A program made the position numbers and the translations under genes. 64,000 nucleotides of DNA from assembly GCF_009914755.1 (NCBI RefSeq), contig NC_060945.1; one strand, 5' to 3'. Source of the stretch: the human T2T-CHM13v2.0 reference genome, Homo sapiens. Positions within the stretch are counted from its first letter, which is position 1, and the number at the start of each line of letters is the position of its first letter. Positions 15,001 to 35,706 of the stretch are shown here, one piece after another. A model generated the notes under the pieces. It was not told the DNA's origin. It searched no databases and saw only the letters and a list, made by a program, of their open reading frames with translations.

Positions 15001-18000
15001 TGATGTAACACTTGTCTAGGATCTGCCTAAATTAACTTTGTGACATAAACCTGTACTGATCATCCAGGTGATGGGGCTTTTGTCTAGGCTCTGCCTAAGG
15101 GGGCATTGTGACATATTTCTGCATTGATCACCCAGGTGGCGAACTCTTCTCTTGGATCTGCCTATGGGTTCATTGTGACAAATCTCTACACTGATCACCC
15201 AGGTGACGTAACGGTTGTGTAACCTCTGCCGACAGGGGAATTGTGAGAGATCTCGCCACTGATCACCCAAGTGATGTAACCATTGTCTAGGCTTTGCGTA
15301 CAGGCGGCTTTGTGACATACCTTTGCACTGATCACCCAGGTGATGTAACACATCTATGTTCGGCCTAAAGGCGCTTTGTGACATATCTCTGCACTGATCA
15401 CTTAGGTGATGTAACACTTTTATAACCACTGCCTACAGGGAATTTTGACAAATCTGTACCCTGATCACCTAGGTGACGTAACTCTTGTCTACCCTCTGTC
15501 CAACGGGTCATTGTGAAATATCTCTGCACTGATCACCCAGGTGATTCAACTCTTGACTAGGATCTGCCTACAGAGGTTATTGTGAAATATCTCTGCACTG
15601 ATAAACTAGGTGGTGTAACCCTTGTCGAAGCTCTGCCTACAGGGGCGATTTCACATATCCCTGAACTGATGACCGAGGTGATGTAACACATGCCTATGCT
15701 TTGCCTACAGGGGACATTGGACATATATCTGCACTGAACTCCCAGGTGATGCAACTCTGGCCTAGGCTTTGCCTACAGGGGACATTGTGACATATCTCTT
15801 CAATGATCACCCATGTGATGCAACTCTTGCCTAGGCTTTGTCTAAAAGGGACATTGTGACATATCTCTGCACTGATCTAGCAGGTGCTGTAACTTTAGTC
15901 TAGGCTCTGGCTACACGGCATTGTGACATATCACTGCACTGATCAACCAGGTGATATAACTCTTGTATAGGCTCTGCCTACAGGGGGCTTGTGACATATC
16001 TCTGCACTGATCACCCAGGTGATATAGCTCTTCTCTAGGATCTGCCTACAGGGTGCTTTGTGACATATCCCTGCACTGATCACCCAGGTGATCTAACTCT
16101 GGTCTAAGCTCTGCCTAAAGGGGCATTGCGACAGATCTCTGCACTGATCACTCAGGTGGTGTGACTGTTGTCTAGGCTCTGCTTCAAGGGGCCTTGTCAC
16201 ATATCTCTGCACTGATCACCCCGGTGATGTAACTCTTGTCTAGGCTCTGCTTCCAGGGCATATTGTGACATATCTATGCACTGATCACCTTAGTGATGTA
16301 ACACTTGTGTAGGCTCGGGCTACAGGGGAATCTTGACATATGTCTGCACTGTTAACCGAGTTGATTTAACTCTTGTCTAGTCTGTGCCCACAGGGGGATT
16401 GAGAGATATCTCTGCACTGATCCCGAGGTGATCCAACTCTTGCCTGGTCTCTGCCTATTGGGGACATTGTGACATATCTCTGCACTGATCTCCCAGGTGC
16501 TTCAACTTTAGTCTAGGCTCTGGCTACACGACATTGTGACATATCACTGCACTGATCACCCAGTTTATATAACTCTTGTCTAGGCTCTGCCTACAATGGT
16601 CTTGTGACATATCTCTGCACTGATCACCGAGGTGATATAACTATTCTCTAGGATCTGACCACAGGGTGCTTTGTGACATATCCCTGCAATGATCACCCAG
16701 GTGATATACCACTTGCCAAGGCTCTGCCTACAGGGGCATTGCAATGTATCTCTGCACTGATCTCCTAGGTCTTGTAACTCTTTTCTAGGATCTGCCTACA
16801 GGGTGCTTTGTGACGTATCCCAGCAAGGATTACCCAGGTGATGTACCGCTCATCAAGGCTCTGCCTACAGGCACATCGCGATGTATCTCTGCACTGATCA
16901 CCTAGGTCATGTAACCTTTGTCTAGGCTCTGCCTACGATGGCATTGTGACATATCTCTGCACTAATCATCCAAGTGATGTAACACTTGTCTAGGATCTGC
17001 CTAAATTAACTTTGTGACATAACCCTGTACTGGTCATCCAGGTGATGGGGCTTTTGTCTAGGCTCTGCCTAAGGGGGCATTGTGACATATTTCTGCATTG
17101 ATCACCCAGGTGGCGAACTCTTCTCTTGGATCTGCCTATGGGGGCATTGTGACAAATCTCTGCACTGATCACCCAGGTGACGTAACTGTTGTGTAACCTC
17201 TGCCGACAGGGGAATTGTGAGACATCTCGCCACTGATCACCCAAGTGATGTAACCATTGCCTAGGCTTTGCATACAGGCGGGTTTGTGACATACCTTTGC
17301 ACTGATCACCCAGGTGATGTAAAACATCTATGTTCGGCCTAAAGGAGCTTTGTGACATATCTCTGCACTGATCACTTAGGTGATGTAACACTTTTATAAC
17401 CACTGCCTACAGGGAATTTTGACAAATCTGTACACCGATCACCTAGGTGACGTAACTCTTGTCTACCCTCTGTCCAACGGGTCATTGTGAAATATCTCTG
17501 CACTGATCACCCAGGTGATTCAACTCTTGACTAGGATCTGCCTACAGAGGTTATTGTGAAATATCTCTGCACTGATAAACTAGGTGGTGTAACCCTTGTC
17601 CAAGCTCTGCCTACAGGGGCGTTTTCACATATCCCTGAACTGATGACAGAGGTGATGTAACACTTGCCTAGGCTTTGCCTACAGGGTACATTGGACATAT
17701 ATCTGCACTGATCTCCCAGGTGATGCAACTCTGGCCTAGGCTTTGCCTACAGGGGACATTGTGACATATCTCTTCAATGATCACCCATGTGATGCAAGTC
17801 TTGCGTAGGCTTTGCCTAAAGGCGACATTGTGACATATCTCTGCACTGATCTCCCAGGTGCTGTAACTTTAGTCTAGGCTCTGGCTACACGGCATTGTGA
17901 CATATCACTGCACTGATCAACCAGGTGATATAGCTCTTGTATAGGCTCTGCCTACAGGGGGCTTGTGACATATCTCTGCACTGATCACCCAGGTGATATA

Positions 18001-21000
18001 GCTCTTCTCTAGGATCTGCCTACAGGGTGCTTTGTGACATATCCCTGCACTGATCACCCAGGTGATCTACCTCTGGTCTAAGCTCTGCCTAAAGGGGCAT
18101 TTTGACAGATCTCTGCACTGATCACTCAGGTGATGTAACTGTTTTCTAGGCTCTGCTTCAAGGGGCCTTGTCACATATCTCTGCACTGATCACCCAGGTG
18201 ATGTAACTCTTGTGTACGCTCTGCTTCCAGGGCATATTGTGACATATCTATGCACTGATCACCTTAGTGATGTAACACTTGTGTAGGCTCGGCCTACAGG
18301 GGAATCTTGACATATTTCTGCACTGCTAACAGAGGTGATTTAACTCTTGTCTAGGCTGTGCCCACAGGGGTATTGAGACATATCTCTGCACTGATCCCGA
18401 GGTGATCCAACTCTTGCCTGGTCTCTGCCTACTGGGGACATTGTGACATATCTCTGCACTGATCTCCCAGGTGCTGCAAATTTAGTCTAGGCTCTGGCTA
18501 CAGGACATTGTGACATATCACTGAACTGATCACCCAGGTGATATAACTCTTGTCTAGGCTCTGCCTACAATGGTCTTGTGACATATCTCTGCACTGATCA
18601 CCCAGGTGATTTAACTATTCTCTAGGATCTGACCACAGGGTGCTGTGTGACATATCCCTGCAATGATCACCCAGGTGATATACCACTTGCCAAAGCTCTG
18701 CCTACAGGGGCATTGCAATGTATCTCTACACTGATCACCTAGGTCTTGTAACTCTTTTCTAGGATCTGCCTACAGGGTGCTTTGTGACGTATCCCAGCAA
18801 GGATTACCCAGGTGATGTACCGCTCTTCAAGGCTCTGCCTACAGGCACATCGCGATGTATCTCTGCACTGATCACCTAGGTCATGTAACCTTTGTCTAGG
18901 CTCTGCCTACGATGGCATTGTGACATATCTCTGCACTAATCATCCAAGTGATGTAACACTTGTCTAGGATCTGCCTAAATTAACTTTGTGACATAACCCT
19001 GTACTGATCATCCAGGTGATGGGGCTTTTGTCTAGGCTCTGCCTAAGGGGGCATTGTGAAATATTTCTGCATTGATCACCCAGGTGGCGAACTCTTCTCT
19101 TGGATCTGCCTATGGGGGCATTGTGACAAATCTCTGCACTGATCACCCAGGTGACGTAACTGTTGTGTAACCTCTGCCGACAGGGGAATTGTGAGAGATC
19201 TCGCCACTGATCACACAAGTGATGTAACCGTTGTCTAGGCTTTGCGTACAGGGGGCTTTGTGACATACGTTTGCACTGATCACCCAGGTGATGTAACACA
19301 TCTAAGTTCGGCCTAAAGGAGCTTTGTGACATATCTCTGCACTGATCACTTAGGTGATGTAACACTTTTATAACCACTGCCTACAGGGAATTTTGACAAA
19401 TCTGTACACTGATCACCTAGCTGAAGTAACTCTTGTCTACCCTCTGTCCAACGGGTCATTGTGAAATATCTCTGCACTGATCACCCAGGTGATTCAACTC
19501 TTGACTAGGATCTGACTTCAGAGGTTATTGTGAAATATCTCTGCACTGATACACTGGGGAGTGTAACACTTTTCCAAGCTCTGCCTACAGGGGCGTTTTC
19601 ACATATCCCTGAACTGATGACAGGGGTGATGTAACACTTGCCTAGGCTTTGCCTACAGGGGACATTGGACATATATCTGCACTGATCTCCCAGGTGATGC
19701 AACTCTGGCCTAGGCTTTGCCTACAGGGGACATTGTGACATATCTCTTCAATGATCACCCATGTGATGCAACTCTTGCCTAGGCTTTCCCTAGAGGGGAC
19801 ATTGGACATATATCTGCACTGATCTCCCAGGTGATGCAACTCTGGCCTAGGCTTTGCCTACAGGGGACATTGTGACATATCTCTTCAATGATCACCCATG
19901 TGATGCAAGTCTTGCCTAGGCTTTCCCTAGAGGGGACATTGGACATATATCTGCACTGATCACTCAGTTGATGCAACTCTTGCCTAGGCTTTGCCTACAG
20001 GGGACATTGTGACATATCTCTCCACTGATCTCCCAAGTGCTGTAACTTTAGTCTAGGCTCTGGCTACATGGCATTGTGACACATCACTGCACTGATCAAA
20101 CAGGTGATATAACTCTTGTCTAGGCTCTGCCTACAGGGTGCTTGTGACATATCTCTGCACTGATCACCCAGGTGATATAACCCTTCTCTAGGATCTGCCT
20201 ACAGGGTGCTTTGTGACATATCCCTGCACTGATCACCTAGGTGATCTAACTTTTGTCTAAGCTCTGCCTAAAGGGGCATTGTGACAGATCTCTGCACTGA
20301 TCACTCAGGTGATGTAACAATTGTCTAGGCTCTGCTTCAAGGGGCCTTGTCACATATCTCTGCACTGATCACCCAGGTGATGTAACTCTTGTCTAGGCTC
20401 TGCTTCCAGGGCATATTGTGACATATCTATGCACTGATCACCTTAGTGATGTAACACTTGTGTAGGCTCGGCCTACAGGGGAATCTTGACATATGTCAGC
20501 ACTGTTAACCGAGGTGATTTAACTCTTGTCTAGGCTGAGCCCACAGGGGGATTGAGACATATCTCTGCACTGATCCCGAGGTGATCCAACTCTTACCTTG
20601 TCTCTGCCTACTGGGGACATTGTGACACATCTCCGCACTGATCTCCCAGGTGCTGTAACTTTAGTCTAGGCTCTGGCTACACGGCATTGTGACATATCAC
20701 TGCACTGATCACCCAGGTGATATAACTCTTGTCTAGACTATGCCTACAATGGCTTTGTGACATGTCTCTGCACTGATCACCCAGGTGATATAACTCTTCT
20801 CTAGGATCTGACCACTGGGTGCATTGTGACATATCCCTGCCATGATCACCCAGGTGATATACCACTTGCCAAGGCTCTGCCTATAGGGGCATTGCAATGT
20901 ATCTCTGCACTGATCACCTAGGTCTTGTAACTCTTTTCTAGGATCTGCCCACAGGGTTCTTTGGGACGTATCACAGCAAGGATTACCCAGGTGATGTACC

Positions 21001-23645
21001 TCTCATCAAGGCTCTGCCTACAGGCACATTGCGATGTATCTCTGCACTGATCACCTAGGTCATGTAACTTTTGTCTAGGCTCTGCCTACGATGGCTTTGT
21101 GACATATCTCTGCACTAATCATCCAAGTGATGTAACCCATGTCTAGGATCTGCCTAAATTAACTTTGTGACATAACCCTGTATTGATCATCCAGGTGATG
21201 GGGCTTTTGTCTAGGCTCTGCCTAAGGGGTCATTGTGACATATGTCGGCATTGATCACCCAGGTGGCGAACTATTCTCTTCGATCTGCCTAAGGGGGCAT
21301 TGTGACAAATCTCTGCACTGATCACCCAGGTTATGTAACGGTTGTGTAACCTCTGCCTACAGGGGAATTGTGAGAGATCTCGCCACTGATCACCCAAGTG
21401 ATGTAACCATTGTCTAGGCTTTGCGTACAGGGGTCTTTTTGACATTCCTTTGCAGTGATTACCCAGGTGATGTAACACATCTAAGTTCTGCCTAAAGGAG
21501 CTTTGTGACTTATCTCTGCACTGATCACTTAGGTGATGTAACACTTTTATAAGCACTGCCTACAGGGAATTGTGAGAAATCTCTGCACTTATCACCTAGT
21601 TGATGTAACTCTTGTCTACCCTCTGTCCAACGGGGCATTGTGAAATATATCTGCACTGATCACCCAGGTGATTCAACTCTTGACTAGGATCTCCCTACAG
21701 ATTTTATTGTGAAATATCTCTGCACTGATATACTAGGTGGTGTAACACTTGTCCAAGCTCTGCCTACAGGGGCGTTTTCACATATCCCTGAACTGATGAC
21801 AAAGGTGATGTAACACTTGCCTAGGCTTTGCCTCCATGGGACATTAGACATATATCTGCACTGATCACGAAGGTGATGCAACTCTTGCCTAGGCTTTGCC
21901 TACAGGGGACATTGTGAAATATCTCTTCAATTATCACCCATGTTATGCAACTCTTTCCTAGGCTTTGCCTACAGGGGACATTGTGACATATCTCTGCACT
22001 GATCTCCCAGGTGCTGTAACTTTAGTCTAGGCTCTGGCTACACGGCATTGTGACATATCACTGCACTGATCAACCAGGTGATATAACTCTTGTCTAGGCT
22101 CTGCCTACAGGGGGCTTGTGACATATCTCTGCACTGATCACCCAGGTGATATAACTCTTCTCTAGGATCTGCCTACAGGTTGCTTTGTGACATATCCTTG
22201 CACTGATCACCCAGGTGATCTAACTCTGGTCTAAGCTCTGCCTAAAGGGGCATTGTGACAGATCTCTGCACTGATCACTCAGGTGATGTAACAATTTTCT
22301 AGGCTCTGCTTCAAGGGGCCTTGTCACATATCTCTGCACTGATCACCCAGGTGATGTAACTCTTGTCTAGGCTCTGCTCCCAGGGCATATTGTGACATAT
22401 CTATGCACTGATCACCTTAGTGATGTAACACTTGTGTAGGCTCGGCCTACAGGGGAATCTTGACATATCTCTGCACTGTTAACCGAGATGATTTAACTCT
22501 TGTCTAGGCTCTGCCCACAGGGGGATTGAGACATATCTGTGCACTGATCCCGAGGTGATCCAACTGTTGCCTGGTCTCTGCCTCCTGGGGACATTGTGAC
22601 ATATCTCTGCCCTGATCTCCCAGGTGCTGTAACTTTAGTCTAGGCTCTGGCTACACGGCATTTTGACATATCACTGCACTGATCACCCAGGTGATATAAC
22701 TCTGGTCTATGCTGTGCCTACAATGGTCTTGTGACATATCTCGGCACTGATCACCGAGGTGATATAACTCTTCTCTAGGATCTGACCACAGGGTACTTTG
22801 TGAAATATCCCTGCAATGATCACCCAGGTGCTATACCACTTGCAAAGGATCTGCCTGCAGGGGCATTGCAATGTATCCCTTCACTGATCACCTAGGTCTT
22901 GTAACTCTTTTCTAGGGTCTGCCTACAGGGTGCTTTGTGACGTATCCCAGCAAGGATTACCCAGGTGCTGTACCTCTCATCAAGGCTCTGCCTACGCGCA
23001 CATTGCGATGTATCTCTGCACTGATCACCTAGGTCATGTAACTTTTGTCTAGGCTCTGCCTACGATGGCATTGTGACATATCTCTGCACTAATCATCCAA
23101 GTGATGTAAAACTTGTCTAGGATCTGCCTAAATTAACTTTGTGACATAACCCTGTAGGGATCATGCAGGTCATGGGGCTTTTGTCTAGGCTCTGCCTAAG
23201 GGTGCATTGTGACATATTTCTGCACTGATCACCCAGGTGGCGAACTCTTCTCTTGCATCTTCCTATGGGGGCATTGTGAGAAATCTCTGCACTGATCACC
23301 CAGGTGATGTAACTGTTGTGTAACCTCTGCCTACAGGGGAATTGTGAGAGATCTCGCTACTGATCACCCAAGTGATGTAACCATTGTCTAGGTTTTGCTT
23401 ACAGGGGGCTTTGTGACATACCTTTGCACAGATCACCCAGGTGATGTAACACATCTAAGTTCGGCCTAAAGGAGCTTTGTGACATATCTCTGCACTGATC
23501 ACTTAGGTGATGTAACACTTTTATAAGCACTGCCTACAGGGAATTTTGACAAATCTCTGCACTGATCACCTAGGTGATGTAACGCTTGTCTACCCTCTGT
23601 CCAACGGGGCATTGTGAAATATCTCTGCCCGGATCACCCAGGTGA
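1..23645. repeat. Beta-satellite (68-bp Sau3A family) higher-order repeat array, 29-monomer unit of ~1974 bp, ~12 copies
   Basis: Monomers of the type ctctgcactGATCacccaggtgatgtaactcttgtctaggctctgcctacaggggcattgtgacatat recur every 68-69 bp. The same diagnostic monomer recurs at 1341, 3314, 5287, 7260, 9164, 11138, 13042, 15016, 16990, 18964, 21143 and 23117. I counted 29 monomers between 15016 and 16990. HOR order breaks at ~23645. Confidence 0.96.
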
Positions 23646-25859
23646 TGTAACTCTTGTCTAGGCAATGCCTACTGGAGTCAATGTGACATATCTCCGCACT
23701 GATCACCCAGGTGATGTCACTTTTGTCAAGGATATGGCTACAGGGACATTGTGACATGTCACTGCACTGATCACACAGCTGATGTAACTCTTGTCTAGGC
23801 TCTGGCTACAGGTGGCTTGTGACACATATCTGCATTGATCACCCAGGTGATGTAACCCTTTTCTAGGCTCTGCCAAAAGCGGACATTGTGACATAAATCT
23901 GCAATGATCACCCAGGTGTTGGGACTCTTGTCTATGCTCTACCTATAGGGGCATTGTGACATATCTCTGCCGTGATCACGCAGGTGATGTAACTCTTCTC
24001 TATATCTGCCTACTGGCGGCATGGTGGCATAATTCTGCACTGATCAACCAGCTGATGGATCCTTGTCTTGGATCTGCGTCTGGGGGCATAGTGACATATC
24101 TCTGCACTGATCACTCATGTGATGTAACACTTGTCTAAGCTGCGACAAAAGGGGAATTGTGACAGATGTCTCCAGTGATCACCGAGGTGATGTAACAATT
24201 TTCTGGGATTTGTCTACAGGGGGCTTTGTGCTATATCTTTGCACTGATCACCCAGGAGACGTAACTCTTGTCTAGGCCTGGCCTACAGGGACTTTGTGAC
24301 ATATTTCTGCACTGATCACCAAGGTGATGTAACACTTGTTTAGGCTCTGCCTGCAGGGGCTTTGTGTCCTATATCTGTACTGATCACCCATGTGTTGTAA
24401 CTCTTGTCTAGGCTCCACCTACAGGGGCTGTTGTGACGTATCTCTGCACTGATCACCCAGGTGATGTAACTCTTGTCTAGGCTCCACCTACAGTGGGTAT
24501 TGTGACGTAACTCTACAGAGATCACCCAGGTTATGTAACTCTTGTCCACTCTCTGCCTACAGGGTCATTGTGAACTGTCTCTGCACTGTTCACCCAGGTG
24601 ATGGGACTCTTCTCTATACTCTGCCTGGAGGGGGATTTGTGACATATCTCTGCACTGATCACTCAGGTGATGGAAGTCTTGTCTAGGCTCTGTCTATGCG
24701 CGCATTGTGTCAAATATCTGCACTGATCACCCAGGTGATGTAACTCTTGTCTAGGCTCTGTCTACAGGGATTTTTGTCACATATGACTGCACTGATCACC
24801 GAGCTGATGTAAGCCTTGTATGGGCTTTGCATATAGAAGGCTTTATGACATACCTATGCACTGATCTCTGAGGTGATGCAACTCTTGTCTAGGCACTGCC
24901 TACAGGGGACATTGGTACATATCCGTGCACTGATCACCCAGGTGATGGACTCTTGTCTTAGACCTGCCTACGTGGACATTGTGACACATCTCTGAACTGA
25001 TCAACCAAGTGATGAAACTCTTGTCTAGGCTCTGCCTACATGGGCTTTGCGACACATCTCTGCACTGTTCACCCTGGGGAGGGAACTCTTGTCTACGCTC
25101 TGCCTACAGGAGGCTTTATGACTTATACCTGCACTGATAACCTAGTTGATGTAACACTTGTCTAGGCTCTGCCTACACGGGAATTCTCACAAATCTCTGC
25201 ACTGATCACCCAGGTGATGTAACTCCTCTCTAGGTTCAGCCTACAGGAGTGTTTTGACATACCTCTGCACTGATCACCCAGGTGATGTAACCCTTGTCTA
25301 AGCTCTGCCTACAGGGGCATTGTGACAGATCTCTCCACTGCTCACCCAGGTGATGTAACAATTGTCTGGGCTTTGCCTACAGTGGGCTTTGTGATATACA
25401 TTTCCACTGATCAAACAGGTGATGTAACCCTTGTCAAGGTTCTGCTTACAGGGGCTTTGTGACATATCTCTGCACTGATCACCCCAGGGAGGAAACACTT
25501 GTCTGCACTCTGCCTCCTGGAGGCTTTATGACTTATCCCTGCACTTATCACTAGGTGATGTAACACTTGTCTAGGCTCTGTCTACACAGCAATTTTCACA
25601 TATCTCTACAATGATCACCTAAGTGATGTAACCCTTGTCTAGGTTCAGCCTACTGGGGATTTCTGACATACCTAAGCACTGATCACCTAGGTGACATAAA
25701 TCATTTCCAGGCTTTTTTTACAGGGAACATTTTGAAATATCTCTGCACTGATCACCCAAATGATGCAAATCTTCTCTAGGCTCCTCAGGGAGTGGCATTG
25801 TGACATATTTATGAACCAATCATCCAGGAGGTGTAACTATTCTGCAGGCTGTGTCTAAA
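23646..25859. repeat. Divergent beta-satellite, including the ~1.33-kb flank conserved beside every D4Z4-like cassette
   Basis: 68-bp monomers no longer in HOR order; ends at the ...ctaaag|agcgtcggaagg junction with GC-rich sequence. Confidence 0.93.
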
Positions 25860-25972
25860 GAGCGTCGGAAGGTGTTGGGAGAGCCTCAGCCGGAATTTCA
25901 CGGATGGAGAAGGGCACAGAGAGGCCATCGATCTCCCTTGCACGTCAGCTGCGGTGTGCAATGTGTGCAGAT
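25780..25972 (-). other. pLAM/DUX4 exon-3-like segment, copy 1 (no ATTAAA)
   Basis: Minus strand reads ctggctAG|atctgc...ccttccgacgctctttag...ctcctggatgattggttcataaatatGTCACAatgcc, colinear with recalled 4qA exon 3; the 3' end is approximate. Confidence 0.8.
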
Positions 25973-26563
25973 CTAGCCAGGAGGCCGGCAAAGAGAGCTA
26001 GAGGTCTGCGTTCCCCCACCAGGCGCTCCATGGTGGCAGCTGGGAGGCTGCAGGTGGACAGGCGGGCCGGTGACTCTGGCGCAGAGGCGCAGAGGAGGCG
26101 AACCGCTGGAAGTTTGTCTGGCCTGGACACCACGCGGGGTCGGTGTTTCATGGGAAGGGAGTCTCCACCCAGACCCGGAGAGGACGCATTTTCTGGGGGT
26201 GGGGTGTGGGTGTGGGGTGGGGGTGTTCAGGCTGGGGTGAGGTAGTGGAAAGTCATGATAGCTCTGCCCGGGCTCCTCCCACAGCCCAGGCAGCTGCCCG
26301 CAAACCCGCGCGTATGCAGTAGTCGGCCCACCTGCTGGTACCTGGGTCGGCTATGGGATCCCCAGGATGCCCAGGAAAGAATGGCAATTCTCCGCTGTGT
26401 GGAGTCTCTCACCGGGCCTAGATCTGGAAGGCAGGAATCCCATGCCGGTCAGCCCGGTGGAGGAGGTGTGGGGAAGACATGCCCCTCCACAGCCAGCCAG
26501 GTTTTCCCCGCGAAATAGAGGCCACCGCCCTGCCCCGACCCGACACCGTCCAAACCTCACGTC

Positions 26564-27998
<1,435 letters not shown>

Positions 27999-28606
27999 CC
28001 CTGGACAGCCCGCCCCACCCCGGAAGGGTCCCAGGGCGTCGAGGCCTGCGGCTGGGTGTTGGTGGGTTGGGGGGGGACGGCTTGGTGATGCTCGTGGTGG
28101 GGCCGGAGAGACGAAGAGTAAGGGGGCGAGTGGGAATTGGTTAGGGGGGCGCGTTTTGGTGGCTGGCTCTCCGGACCTCTCCAGGAATCCCGCGGGAACT
28201 GGAAGCCGCTCTCTCTGCTCCCATCCATCTTCAGCAGGGAGAAACCGGCCTGGGAGGATGCAGGGGAGTGTGGAACTGAACCTCCGTGGGAGTCTTGAGA
28301 GTTCCAGGACCTCTCTCCGTGAAGGAGGCAGTGCCTGTGCGTGTCGCCGCTGCAGGGACAGTCTCACACGCGTAGGAGTGTGGCTCTCGTTCATTTCCAC
28401 ATAGGAGACCAGAGCGAGACCCCAGAGAGAAGATGCCTCCCCAGCGTGATGGTCTGATGATGGATTCCCGTGTGTGGCAACATGGGGAGTCTGCAGTGTG
28501 GCCGGTTTGGAAACTGGCAAGGAGAGCGAAGGCACCATGCGTGTCTTCAACCCCTCCCTGCATGTTTCCGGGTGCTGCAGAGCTCTGGGAGCAAACAGTC
28601 AGCATG

Positions 28607-32940
<4,334 letters not shown>

Positions 32941-33640
32941 GAGCGTCGGTAGGTGTTGGGAGAGCCTCAGCTGGAATTACACGGATGGACAAGCACACAG
33001 AGAGGCCAGCGGGCTCCCTTGCACGTCAGCTGGGGTGCGCAATGAGCGCAGGTCTAGCCAGGAGGCCGGCAAAGAGAGGTAGAGGTCTGCATTCCGCCGC
33101 CAGGCACTCCATGGTGGCAGCTGGGAGGCTGCAGTGGCACGGGTGGGCCTGTGACGGTTTCGCGGAGACACAGAGGAGGCGAGCCGCCAGAGGGGTGTCA
33201 GGCCTGGACGCTGCTGGGGCCCAGTGTTTCGCAGCACGGGGGTCTCCACACAGCCCAGAGGAGGACGCATTTTCCGGGGGTGGGGTTCGGGGTTGGGGGT
33301 TGTTCAGGCGTGGGTGGGGCTGTGGAAAGGCATGAGAGCTCTGCCTGGGCTGCTCCCACAGCCCAGGCGGCTGCCCACATACCCACGCATGCACAGTAGG
33401 TGGCCCACCTGCTGATAACTGGGACGGCTCTGGGATCCCCGGGATGCCCAGGAAAGAATTGCTGTTCCCCGCTGTGTGAAGCCTCTCACCGAGCCTAGAC
33501 TTAGAAGGGAGGAATCCCAGGCCGGTCAGCCCAGTGGAGGGGGCGGGGGTAAGACACACCCCTCCATAGCCAGCCAGGTGTTCCTCGCGAAAGAGAGGCC
33601 ACCGCCCTGCCCCAACCCGAAACCGTCCCAACCCCACGTC

Positions 33641-35034
<1,394 letters not shown>

Positions 35035-35044
35035 CTAGCGTCTC

Positions 35045-35096
35045 TTATAAAGGCCCGCAGGCAGGCAGGCTCCACCCCTTCATGAATGGCGGTGAG
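35045..35096 (-). promoter_or_regulatory. DUX promoter core with canonical TATAA and DBE
   Basis: Minus strand CTCACCGCCATTCATGAAGGGGTGGAGCC...CTTTATAAGAG. Confidence 0.72.
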
Positions 35097-35706
35097 AACT
35101 GGGACAGCCCGTCCCACTGCGGAAGGGTCCTAGGGTTTCGAGGCCTGCTGCCGGGGGGTGGTGGGGTTGGGGGGGAGGGCATGGTGATCGTGGTGGTGGG
35201 GCCGGAGAGACGAAGAAGAAGGGGGCGAGGGGGAAGGGGTGAAGGGGGCGCGTTTTAGGGGCTGGCTGTCCAGACCTCTCCAGGAATCCCACGGGAACTG
35301 GAAGCCACTCTCTGGGCTCCCACGCGGCTTCAGCAGGGAGAAATCGGCCTGGCAGGTTGGAGGAGAATGTGGAACTGAACCTCCGTGGGAGTCTGGAGTG
35401 TTCCAGGCCCTCTCTCCGTGAAGAAGGCAGTGCCTGTGGGTGTCGCCATTGCTTGGACAGTCTCACACACGCAGGCGTGTGGCTCTCTTTCATTTCCACG
35501 TAGAAGACCAGAGCGAGATGCCAGAGAGAAGATGCCCCCCCGGCGTGATGGCCTGATGATGGATTCCCGTGTGCTGCAACATGGGGAGTCTGCAGTGTGT
35601 CCGGTTTGGAAACTGGCAAGGGGAGTGAAGGCACCATGCCGGTCTTCCACACTTCCCTACATGTTTCTGGGTGCCCGCAGAGCTCCGGGAGCGAACAGTG
35701 AGCATG

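Noticed and set aside
1-23645. CRISPR-like regular repeats containing the palindromic TGATCA
   Set aside because: There are no unique spacers and no cas genes; the whole monomer repeats, and the context is primate.
704-25498. Many 60-150 aa Cys/His-rich ORFs (HHLGDQCRDMSQ, YITWVISAEICHN), also in the later spacers
   Set aside because: They are translations of the 68-bp satellite that recur with the repeat period; they are not zinc-finger or other genes.
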